This document shows positions 36,348 to 45,007 of a DNA stretch of 64,000 nt, in pieces. The stretch is from Acidobacteriota bacterium (GTDB lineage: Bacteria > Acidobacteriota > CAIWXX01): positions 1-64,000 of the forward strand of contig JBFMAF010000055.1 in NCBI GenBank assembly GCA_040755995.1, written 5' to 3'. The position numbers and the translations under genes are program-made. The notes under the pieces are model-generated. The model had not been told where the DNA came from. It worked only from the letters and a program-made list of their open reading frames with translations, and did not search any database. The stretch's first letter is position 1. Every line of letters starts with the position of its first letter.

Positions 36348-38435
36348 CTACACCTCCATCGTCTTCGAGTAGGTGCCGCCGATTGTTCCGCCGCGGCAAT
36401 GTGACGAGGTCATGAAGTCGCCCGAGTGTTTCGACTGCACAGCCAGCGCATCGGCCAACGCTACCGCGCAGGAGCCCTGGATGTTGTCCAGGATAGCCCT
36501 GCGGGCGGCCTCTGCGGTGGGGCTCGACGGAGCCGGCAGTCCGGACACTTCGATCGGCACCTTCTCCAGCCTCCCCTCTTCGACCGGCCTCTTGCGTATC
36601 GACGCCTCGCCGCGCGCGATGGACCACGCCGTCTTGATGGCGTCATCCAGCGAACCGGCGTAGTCGACCAGCCATCCCACTGCGTCGCGGCCCTTGACAG
36701 GCCTGCCGCCGAGCAACAGGCCCAGTATCTTCTGCCAGTGCTCCGGTTGCGCCTTGCGCAGCAGCCAGTGGCAGCCCTCCATGCCGGGCACCACCGGCAA
36801 CGTGACCTCGGGCATGCCAAGATCGGCGTTGTCGACTGCGACGACGTAGTGGCAGTGAGTGAGCAGCTCGAGAAAACCGCCGAGGCATCGTTTCCCGTTC
36901 ACGAAGCCGACCGAAGTTGAGAACTCGTTGTGGAGCCGCCGCGCCGTCGTCGACCAGCTCCTCGCGATCTCGACACCCTTTGCGGCGTCGGCGAGCGCCG
37001 GGAAGAAGTCGGCGATGTCTGCTCCGACCATCTGTGTCGAGAGGTGGAAGTCGCCGGTCAGGATCACACGGTCGATGCGTTCCGACCTAAGCCAATCGAT
37101 GGCGCGATTGAGCTCGAGATCGACGTCCCGGCTGTAGCTCTCGCGGCTGATGGAGATGACGCCGACGTTGCCGTCGTGCTCGGCGTTGACGTAAAGCTGC
37201 TGCCATTCAGGCGATCCCACCTGGCGCAGCGCTTCGGCGTGCCATGCTTGCTTCGCCGCGTCGGGGTGCAGGCGGTGGTAGTTTTCCACGAGCTTGATCG
37301 CCGCCTCTGAGCCGCAGCCGCGAACCTGGGCGAGGACCCCCGGACGAAACTGCGCGCACAGCTCACCGATGGCATTGATGTGCGTCAGGTGCGAACGCCT
37401 CTCTTGAACCATCAGGCTTGTCATCTGGAACAGGGCGCCGGCGACCCATGCCCGCAGCTCCTCGATCTCCTCGCCGTCGACGGTCCAGTTCACCAGCGGC
37501 CGGAAGTGGTTCATCGGGTACCAGTCCTGACCGCTGTCCTTGCGTTCGACCAGCGATGAGGCCGGCTTGAACAGGTCGCCGTAGTGTTGGGCCAGATGAT
37601 GCAGGCACGACCATGTGAGGAAGTTCGCGCCCTTGGCTCCGATCGCATCATGCGCCCGGAATGGATTCGGCCCGATGAGCTTCCGCACGTACTTATCGAT
37701 CTTCCAGAACGGCATGTTGGTGGCCTCATGGTACCGGATCGCCGCCAGGGTCAGCCCGCAGAAAAGCACATCCAGCACGAAGGACCAGTGGTCGCTCACG
37801 GGTAGCGGCAGCAATCCCAGCGCCCAGTAGAGCTGCGTGATCGCCGAAGGCTCGGGCTCAACCACCTCCCACACCTTGTTCACCTCGTGTGGGAACGCCG
37901 GGTGAGTGATGCCCACGCCGAGCTGATGCCGCGGGAACCCTGATGTGACCGAACGTATCTCGATCGCCGGATACGCGGTCCTGAATACTTCGTAGTGGGA
38001 TTTCTTGATCTCGAGAATCTCAGGGATCGCTTCGAGCAGAAAGCGCGGCCGGTAGGCGGCGAGCTGCTTCGGCAGATGAGCGCCGTCATATGCCAGCCGC
38101 GCGACATTCGCCATGACATCTGCCGCCTGCCTTTCGCCAAAAGCTCTGACGAGTCCCGGATACTGCTTGCCGATCCCGTCCGGCGCCCCGGGGAAATCCA
38201 GGGCGACAACGGTGACGCCGTATGGCTCGAGCCTCGACCCGAGCTGCATGGTCTTGCCGGCGCCGACGATTCCGTTGGCGCCGGAGATAACGAGAGCGCC
38301 GCGATTGCCGGCGCTCCCGAACACGCGATCCACAAGCTCGGACGTGGCGGCAGGCAACGCGCCCCGCTCGAAGATGCCCAGTACCGATCCGAGCCCGAGG
38401 GTCTCCAGTGTGCTCTGTCTCATCGCTCGCATCAT
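36348..38435 (-). CDS. 3-hydroxyacyl-CoA dehydrogenase / enoyl-CoA hydratase fusion (HADH first)
   Basis: GANGIVG Rossmann motif, EAIPEILEIKK, H-x11-E pair (HPAFPHEVNKVWE); crotonase motifs GADI, GGFLEL, GMPEV..PVVPG. Confidence 0.85.
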   Translation of the reverse strand: MMRAMRQSTLETLGLGSVLGIFERGALPAATSELVDRVFGSAGNRGALVISGANGIVGAGKTMQLGSRLEPYGVTVVALDFPGAPDGIGKQYPGLVRAFGERQAADVMANVARLAYDGAHLPKQLAAYRPRFLLEAIPEILEIKKSHYEVFRTAYPAIEIRSVTSGFPRHQLGVGITHPAFPHEVNKVWEVVEPEPSAITQLYWALGLLPLPVSDHWSFVLDVLFCGLTLAAIRYHEATNMPFWKIDKYVRKLIGPNPFRAHDAIGAKGANFLTWSCLHHLAQHYGDLFKPASSLVERKDSGQDWYPMNHFRPLVNWTVDGEEIEELRAWVAGALFQMTSLMVQERRSHLTHINAIGELCAQFRPGVLAQVRGCGSEAAIKLVENYHRLHPDAAKQAWHAEALRQVGSPEWQQLYVNAEHDGNVGVISISRESYSRDVDLELNRAIDWLRSERIDRVILTGDFHLSTQMVGADIADFFPALADAAKGVEIARSWSTTARRLHNEFSTSVGFVNGKRCLGGFLELLTHCHYVVAVDNADLGMPEVTLPVVPGMEGCHWLLRKAQPEHWQKILGLLLGGRPVKGRDAVGWLVDYAGSLDDAIKTAWSIARGEASIRKRPVEEGRLEKVPIEVSGLPAPSSPTAEAARRAILDNIQGSCAVALADALAVQSKHSGDFMTSSHCRGGTIGGTYSKTMEV

Positions 38436-38443
38436 GCGCCTCC

Positions 38444-39640
38444 CTATGCAACCCTGAAGATGCCGGCGATACCCACGTCACCCGCCGCGCAGCCGAAGAT
38501 GAGCGCGTACCCGCCGCCGAGCGCGACGGCTTCCTCCAGCGCCTCCACGATGATCCGCGTCAGGGTCGGGGCTTGTGGATGCCCCCACACCAGCGAGCAG
38601 CCCGTCCTGTTCATGTTGCGCCAGTCGTAGTTGAGCGTCTTTGCGAAGATGGCGTCGTTAACGGCGAACGGGTTGTGATTCTTCACTACAGCCATGTCAT
38701 CCATCGTCAGCCCCGTTCGCTGCAACAGCTTCTGAACGGCCCTGCCAGGGGCCTCGGGCATCAGCCCGGCTGTGGTTCTCACCTCGGCCTTCGCGATGAA
38801 CTGTATGTCGACCTCGGGCTTCGAGCTGAGCTGGCGGGCCTTCTCCTTCGTGGTCACCAGCAGGGCGGCCATTCCGTCCGATGCGTGAGTCTGGCTCCCG
38901 CTCGTCACGCACGTATCGAGCTCGCGCATGCCCCGCAGCGCCTCCAGCGAGACCTGCCGCACGCCCAGATCGTCATCGACGCAACCGGCCACCTTGCCTT
39001 GCAGATTGAGTATTTCGAACGGAAACAGAACGCGATCGAGGAACCGCGATGACCTCGCCTCGAAGTATTGCTGGTAGCGAAGGAACGTGATCTCGTCGAC
39101 CTCCCGGCGATCGATCTTGTGCTTGCGGGCGGCTGCGCCCGCGGTCGCGATCATCGCACCGCCGGTCGCAGGATCGAACCCGAAGTTGTCCCAGACGTCC
39201 GCGAGCGGGACGGTTCGCTGGTAGGCGCGCCGCTCTGGAAAGACGCCGACTGGCGAATCGCTGGTCCGGTCGAACGTCAGCACGCCTACCACGTCGTACG
39301 CGCCGCCTTGCACCTCTGCGGCGGCCAGGACGGTGGCCTGGAGCCCCGTGGCACACGCCTGCTCTACGTGGTACCCCGGCAGGCGCTGCCCCAGGCAGCT
39401 CGCGACCAGCGGCGCGGTCCAGAACTTCCAGTGCCAGGGGATCGTAGAGCCGATGACGAGGTACTCGAGCTGGTTCTTGGGCACCTTCCGCTTGCCGAGA
39501 ATCCGATTCATCGCCTCTCCCGCGAACTGCCCGATGTTCACCTCGGCCAGCGCGGACATCTGCCACGCGGGGAAGTAGCTGCTTCCCCAGGTGCCGTACG
39601 GAATCCGTGCCCTCGGGAATACCGATTCACAGGCCGTCAT
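38444..39640 (-). CDS. Thiolase family protein
   Basis: EQACATG (Cys), SDGMAA, HNPF, GHPQAPT, GCAAGDVG; AAGGAGG SD. Confidence 0.9.
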   Translation of the reverse strand: MTACESVFPRARIPYGTWGSSYFPAWQMSALAEVNIGQFAGEAMNRILGKRKVPKNQLEYLVIGSTIPWHWKFWTAPLVASCLGQRLPGYHVEQACATGLQATVLAAAEVQGGAYDVVGVLTFDRTSDSPVGVFPERRAYQRTVPLADVWDNFGFDPATGGAMIATAGAAARKHKIDRREVDEITFLRYQQYFEARSSRFLDRVLFPFEILNLQGKVAGCVDDDLGVRQVSLEALRGMRELDTCVTSGSQTHASDGMAALLVTTKEKARQLSSKPEVDIQFIAKAEVRTTAGLMPEAPGRAVQKLLQRTGLTMDDMAVVKNHNPFAVNDAIFAKTLNYDWRNMNRTGCSLVWGHPQAPTLTRIIVEALEEAVALGGGYALIFGCAAGDVGIAGIFRVA

Positions 39641-39671
39641 TCGCGCCTCCTTGTCTGGTCCCTAGATACGG

Positions 39672-39699
39672 TTGTCAGTTGACAGCTGTCAGTTGTCAA
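39672..39699 (+). repeat. Heptamer tandem repeat (TTGTCAG-like) x4
   Basis: TTGTCAG TTGACAG CTGTCAG TTGTCAA upstream of the thiolase. Confidence 0.7.
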
Positions 39700-39987
39700 G
39701 ACCCTGGTCATGGCACTCAGCCATACGATTCGTACTGTACCGATTCTCTCTTGGCGCGTCAATTCGGAGCTGAGACTCCGCTGGTCCCGCGCCTGGAGGC
39801 GAAACCACCGGCTCGGGCCGCAGCCTATGACGGCACAACGAGGCCTGGCCAGCGACGGATGCAAGGCCGGCCGCCGGACTGCGGCACGTGGTGGTATACT
39901 TTCAATAGCGTGCGATAATCTATATAGAGAAAGGAGGGCATTGCGCAGTGACGGGCCGGCCGATCTCGGATTCAGGCCGAGCTCCTG

Positions 39988-41763
39988 GTGACAAGACAGA
40001 TGGACGTTGCGGAGCGATCCTCTACTGATTTCCAGGTCCGGGCCCTCCCCGGCGTCGTCGAGATGATCCTGGACGAAGCCGGGATCATTGTGTTCTGCGA
40101 CGCGGACTCCACTGCCGTCTTTGGTGTGCCCCCTGAGGACCTCCTAGGCAAGAGCGTGGGCATACTCCTTGCGGGCGACAGGCGCGCCGCACTGCTGGAC
40201 GCGATCCGTGCGTGCCGCGAATCGTCCGGCAAGATCGTCATCCGCGCCCTCGGTGTCAAGACGAGACCGAACGGCGAGCAAGTCCTGCGCCCCGTCGAGC
40301 TCTTTGTCTGGACCCCCGGGGACGGCCGGATGCTGCGGATGCTGGCTCGAGAGCGAGTGAATCGTCACGAGCAGCTTTTCGAGAGTGTGCCGTGCGGGAT
40401 GTACATCAGCACCAGGGCAGGGCAGCTCTTGTCGGTGAACCGGGCCCTCGCCGAAATGCTTGGGTATACGCAAGAGGAATTGATAGAGGCCGATTTCGCT
40501 GACATCCTGTCGGCCGGAGATCCTTCCGAGAGACGCCGCATCGTCGAGGAGCTGGAGAGAGACGGCGTGCTGTCGAACCGCGAGGAGGTTCTGAGGCATC
40601 GTGACGGCAGCAAGGTGTACGTGATCGAGAACGCGAGGAGGGTCATGGACAGCACGGGTGAGGTGCTCTACGAAGGCTCATTCGTTCACATCACTGAGCT
40701 CAAGCACCTCATCGAGAAGATCGAGAAATACGCGGACATGTTCGAGAACGTGCCGTGCGGCATGTATCAGACGACGCCGAGCGGCGAGCTGATTGCGGTC
40801 AACAAGGCACTGGTCGAGATGTTCGGGTATTCGAGCAAAGAGGAGCTCGCGGCGGTGGAGGCAGGCTCGCTTTACGTGGATCCTGCCCAGAGGGCGCAAT
40901 CGATCGCGGAGCTCGAGAGAAACGGGGTTCTCGTAAACAAGGAGCTCAACCTGAAGCGTACCTCCGGCCAGCCGCTCGTGGTGACGGAGTACGCCCGGGT
41001 GGTCAGAGACAAGGAAGGGAAACCGCTGTATTACGAGGGATCCCTGGTGGACATCACGCCTCTGAGAGAGGCGATCTCGAATCTCAAGGCCTACAATTCC
41101 GTGGTCGCTCACGACCTCCGGACGCCCCTCAGCGTCATCTCCGGCTACGTCGAGCTGCTGATCGATCATTTCGAAGCCAATGAAGCCATCGGGCCGGAAG
41201 GCCGCACGTGGCTCCAGCACATCTACTCCTCCGCCAAGGTCATGCAGGAAGGTATCGACGCGCTGCTCGAGCTGGCGAGGCTGCGCGAGGAGAGGGTCGA
41301 AGTCGGTCCGCTGGACATGGGGACTATCGTGAAAGAGGTGCTGGACCTGCTGGAACCCAAGAAGATGCAAGCGGGTGCAGTAGTGGATCTCCCGGACAGC
41401 TGGCCGGATGGGATCTGGGGGAACAGGGCCTGGGCCTCCATCGTCTGGAGGAACTACATCGTCAACGCGATCAAGTACGGTGGAGCGGCTCCGCGCGTGA
41501 AGATCGGCTTTGACGACCTGGGAGGCGCCATCCGCTTCTGGGTACAAGACGACGGTGAAGGGCTCTCACAGAAGGACATGGAGAAACTGTTCGGCCTCTT
41601 CAAGCGATTCGGCCCCGGGCGAGTCGAAGGTTTCGGCGTCGGGCTCTACACCGTGAAGTCCATCATCGAGAAACAAGGGGGGAGCGTCGGCGTCGAGAGC
41701 GCGCCGGGCGCCGGCAGCCGATTCAGCTTCACGCTGCCGAAGCAGCCGCCGTCCGAAGGCTAG
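39988..41763 (+). CDS. Cytoplasmic PAS/PAC sensor histidine kinase
   Basis: Three PAS domains; AHDLRTPL H-box; NAIKY, VQDDGEG, GFGVGLY, GSRFSFTLP; no TM segment. Confidence 0.95.
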   Translation: MTRQMDVAERSSTDFQVRALPGVVEMILDEAGIIVFCDADSTAVFGVPPEDLLGKSVGILLAGDRRAALLDAIRACRESSGKIVIRALGVKTRPNGEQVLRPVELFVWTPGDGRMLRMLARERVNRHEQLFESVPCGMYISTRAGQLLSVNRALAEMLGYTQEELIEADFADILSAGDPSERRRIVEELERDGVLSNREEVLRHRDGSKVYVIENARRVMDSTGEVLYEGSFVHITELKHLIEKIEKYADMFENVPCGMYQTTPSGELIAVNKALVEMFGYSSKEELAAVEAGSLYVDPAQRAQSIAELERNGVLVNKELNLKRTSGQPLVVTEYARVVRDKEGKPLYYEGSLVDITPLREAISNLKAYNSVVAHDLRTPLSVISGYVELLIDHFEANEAIGPEGRTWLQHIYSSAKVMQEGIDALLELARLREERVEVGPLDMGTIVKEVLDLLEPKKMQAGAVVDLPDSWPDGIWGNRAWASIVWRNYIVNAIKYGGAAPRVKIGFDDLGGAIRFWVQDDGEGLSQKDMEKLFGLFKRFGPGRVEGFGVGLYTVKSIIEKQGGSVGVESAPGAGSRFSFTLPKQPPSEG

Positions 41764-41919
41764 GCGGGTACGGGCGGCTCACGGGCACTGAAGCCGCGGC
41801 TCCTGCATCGCATCGAACCGGTATCGCCGTCGTCGGCTCCACTCAGCGCGGGCTGCACATCCTGATACACGTCTGTGGCCCCGGGAAGGAGTCGCTCATG
41901 TTGCTGAAAAGATTGAGCC

Positions 41920-41960
41920 GAAATTCACTTGTTGCCATCCCGTCGAATTTCCGGTAAATT
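41920..41960 (+). promoter_or_regulatory. Sigma70 promoter of a leaderless gene with an inverted repeat flanking the -35
   Basis: TTGCCA-17-TAAATT, ATG 7 nt downstream; GAAATTC (41920-26) and GAATTTC (41945-51). Confidence 0.55.
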
Positions 41961-41967
41961 TGACATC

Positions 41968-43137
41968 ATGCTTGCAGCCAAGCTCTACCCCCGCCTGCTC
42001 AAGGCGCCCGACCAAAGCTTCTTCCTATTCGGCATGAGGGGGTCTGGTAAGAGCACCTGGGTTCGACAGGCATTCCCGGCAGCGCCATGCGTAGACCTGC
42101 TGGACGAGGGGATCTTCCAGAGCTACTTGCGTGACCCTCGCCTGTTCGGACGCGAGCTATTGAGGTTCGGCGGGCGCCAGCCGGTCGTGGTGGTGGACGA
42201 AGTCCAGCGCATGCCGGCATTGCTGAATGAGGTTCACCGGTTCATGGAGAGCCATGGCATGAGGTTCGTGTTGTTGGGGTCGAGCGCCCGCAAGCTGAAA
42301 CAGGCGGGCACGAATCTCCTGGCTGGGCGGGCGTTGCTGCGCGTGATGTTGCCGTTGTTGCCCCAAGAGCTCGGAACTGATTTCGACCTGGCGGAAGTGC
42401 TGCGTTTCGGGAGCCTGCCCGTGATCTGGCGGTCACCGGTCAAGGAAGAGAGCCTCGAGTCATACGTACAATTGTACCTGAAGCAGGAGATCCAGGCCGA
42501 GGCGCTTGTGCGTAACTTGCCGGGGTTTGCCCGCTTTCTGCCTCTGGCCGCGTTGTTCCACGGGCAGGTGTTGAGCATCTCAGGGCTGGCACGAGATGCT
42601 GGCGTGGCTCGGACGACCGTCTCCGGCTATCTTGACATACTCGCCGACACCCACCTGGTGTGGCACCTGCCGGCTTACGAGGGCAAGCTCCGGGTAAAAG
42701 AGAGGAGGCACCCCAAACTCTACTGGATGGACCCTGGTGTGATGCGGGCTGTGAAGCGGGAGTTCCACCCGCCGGGCGCGCTGGAACGCGGTGCGTTATT
42801 CGAAGGCTGGGTGGGCGCTCTCCTCAAAGCGTATGGCGAACCTGGCTGTGGCCTGGGCTTGCGGTATGACGGGCTCTTCTACTGGGCGCCCGTGGCCGGC
42901 GGGACCGAGGTGGATTTCCTGGTCAGACGCGACAATGAGTTTGCGGCAATCGAGGTCAAGGCCAAGGAGAGCCTGGTATCGAGCGATTTCAGCGGGGTGA
43001 AGGCCATTGCCGGCTTGAATGGGCTCCGGCGGCGTTTGCTGGTCTTCATGGGAGACCGCTCTTTCAACACGGAAGATGGTATTGAGGCGCTGACGGTAAG
43101 GGATTTCCTGCATGAGCTGCAGGAGAAGAGGATTTGA
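41968..43137 (+). CDS. AAA_14 ATPase with DUF4143 and C-terminal PD-(D/E)xK-like motif
   Basis: GMRGSGKS, VVDEVQR, LGSSARKL, LAGRA, HPKLYWMDPG, EVDFLV..AIEVK. Confidence 0.92.
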   Translation: MLAAKLYPRLLKAPDQSFFLFGMRGSGKSTWVRQAFPAAPCVDLLDEGIFQSYLRDPRLFGRELLRFGGRQPVVVVDEVQRMPALLNEVHRFMESHGMRFVLLGSSARKLKQAGTNLLAGRALLRVMLPLLPQELGTDFDLAEVLRFGSLPVIWRSPVKEESLESYVQLYLKQEIQAEALVRNLPGFARFLPLAALFHGQVLSISGLARDAGVARTTVSGYLDILADTHLVWHLPAYEGKLRVKERRHPKLYWMDPGVMRAVKREFHPPGALERGALFEGWVGALLKAYGEPGCGLGLRYDGLFYWAPVAGGTEVDFLVRRDNEFAAIEVKAKESLVSSDFSGVKAIAGLNGLRRRLLVFMGDRSFNTEDGIEALTVRDFLHELQEKRI

Positions 43138-43149
43138 GTGTGCGGGGTG

Positions 43150-44163
43150 TCACGGGCGGACGCCCGCCTGTTCAAAGACCCGTAGCATCTCAGGATCGCC
43201 ATCCTGCGTGGCTGCCCTGAGCGGCGACCGACCGTACCGGTCTTGATGATGGGGGTCCGCCCCCCGGCGCAGCAACTCCGCCACGACCTCCGGATGGTTG
43301 TCGTAGACGGCGGCCATCAGCGGAGTGAACCCCTGATCGTCTTCGGCGTTCACGTCAGCACCGCGGTCCAAGAGGCTCCGCACGAGGCCCATGTGGCCTC
43401 CAAGGCATGCGCCCATGAGAGCGGTGCGACCGTCGCGGTCGCGCACGTCTACTCCGCCGCACCCTCTGCGAAGGATCACCTCGATTACATCGGCGTACCC
43501 TTTTCGCGCCGCAGTCGAAAGTGCGGTGGATCCGTCGCGGAAGGAATCGTCCAGGTACCGCGATCCGTGTTCGATCAGAAAGATCGCGAGTCGCGTGTCT
43601 CCCTGTTCGACGGCATATTCTATGGGCGATCCACGCGGATCGCTGCAATCGGCATTCACACCGGCCAGAACGAGCAACCTGACGAGAGCACTGATGCCGT
43701 GGCGGGATGCAGCTAGAAGGATGGGGTAGCGAGCCTCATACACGCAGCCGAGGAGTACCAGGACTCCGATGACCCAGATGACAGCCAGGATGGTGGTTCG
43801 GTCCAGGCGCCGGAAAATCGCCGGCGGCTGCGGCAGCCATCGCGAACCTGCCGGAGCTCGCTTTCTCTTCAACCAGACAAGCGAGCCCACGGGAACCACG
43901 ACCAGCAGGATCGTCAGCACGGCGCAGGCGAGCGGCGCGCGGCGGATCGCCTCGGCCGAGTGACTGAGCCCCGCAGCCACCAGTACAGCCATGCACGCGA
44001 CGTAGTCGAGAACGCACAGTCCCATGCCGATGCCCAGAATATGTCTCCATCGGATCTCCTCGTCCCGCCGGATCCTCCTGACCACCGAGACGGCAAGAAT
44101 CACGAGCCCGATGAACGCCGCAAGGACGAGGAGCGACAGAAGGGGGAAGATGCCAGTCACCAT
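43150..44163 (-). CDS. Membrane protein with C-terminal ankyrin repeats
   Basis: Four TM segments, then GRTALMGAC..GH, GFTPLMAAV..NH, GADVNAED. Confidence 0.88.
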   Translation of the reverse strand: MVTGIFPLLSLLVLAAFIGLVILAVSVVRRIRRDEEIRWRHILGIGMGLCVLDYVACMAVLVAAGLSHSAEAIRRAPLACAVLTILLVVVPVGSLVWLKRKRAPAGSRWLPQPPAIFRRLDRTTILAVIWVIGVLVLLGCVYEARYPILLAASRHGISALVRLLVLAGVNADCSDPRGSPIEYAVEQGDTRLAIFLIEHGSRYLDDSFRDGSTALSTAARKGYADVIEVILRRGCGGVDVRDRDGRTALMGACLGGHMGLVRSLLDRGADVNAEDDQGFTPLMAAVYDNHPEVVAELLRRGADPHHQDRYGRSPLRAATQDGDPEMLRVFEQAGVRP

Positions 44164-44357
44164 TTCACCTCACACGATCCTACAACATCTCCAGGCATTC
44201 GACCATCCAGGCGGCGGGCGGGCGGGTCTATGCCGGCCGGCTCCCTGGCGCCTTGCACTCGGTGGCGGCAACGCCCGCTTCGGGCGCTGCTGCCTGTTTC
44301 ATCCGCCGGGCCAGATCGCCGCGCCAGCCCCGGCGCCTGGCCACCGCACAACGGTCG

Positions 44358-44576
44358 TCAGGCCGCGGTCTCGTGGCTGCCAGAACTGGTCGGCGTGTTG
44401 TGCGAACGCGTCCTCTTCTTGACTTGCTCATAGCGGAACTTGAGGCCATGCTTCCGCTCCACATCCTGGACAATCCGGTGCACGTTCTGCGCATATAGGC
44501 GCAAGTCATCGCCACCCTGTTCGGCAAAGCTGCGTTGGACTCGGTATTTCATCTCCAACAGCTCATTCGTCAACAT
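44358..44576 (-). CDS. Small antitoxin-like protein downstream of a PIN toxin
   Basis: GGAGG SD; coupled to the toxin stop; ELLEMKYRVQR..AEQGGDDLRLY. Confidence 0.6.
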   Translation of the reverse strand: MLTNELLEMKYRVQRSFAEQGGDDLRLYAQNVHRIVQDVERKHGLKFRYEQVKKRTRSHNTPTSSGSHETAA

Positions 44577-44780
44577 AATCAGCCTCCGTGAATAGCTCCA
44601 ATGGCGTGACAATCTCCGGTGTCGCCAGATTGAGCCGAGCGTTGACAATGCGGATATGTTGCCGCTTGTTCGCATTCGCCAGATGATTGCAATTCCAGGT
44701 CAACAGGAAGTCGCATTTGTAAAAGGCGGCGTACGCAGGTAGCTGGGAATGGTCGCGTCGAGGTAGACTGTCTTCTTCAT
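44563..44780 (-). pseudogene. PIN-domain toxin with internal deletion and frameshift
   Basis: MKKTVYLDATIPSYL joined out of frame to AYAAFYKCDFLLTWNCNHLANA...PEIVTPLEL. Confidence 0.8.
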
Positions 44781-44972
44781 GGAACTTGTCCCACCTCCGC
44801 GATTCGTGGTACTCCGACGGCCCAGCCAACGTGCACTCCCCAGGGAGATCCTCTTACCTTGGCTATCCTCACAGATCATACAGGGGCCGGGAAACAGCGT
44901 CAACGGGGCGCCATCGAGCCATCGAGCGAGGCCATGGAGGCATCGGGATGCCTACTTGGCTCTGATAGACTG

Positions 44973-45001
44973 TTGACAGATCGTGGCCTCGATACTATGT
45001 T
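44973..45001 (+). promoter_or_regulatory. Sigma70 promoter of a leaderless gene
   Basis: TTGACA-17-TATGTT with ATG 45008 six nt downstream. Confidence 0.65.
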
Positions 45002-45007
45002 CTCGCG

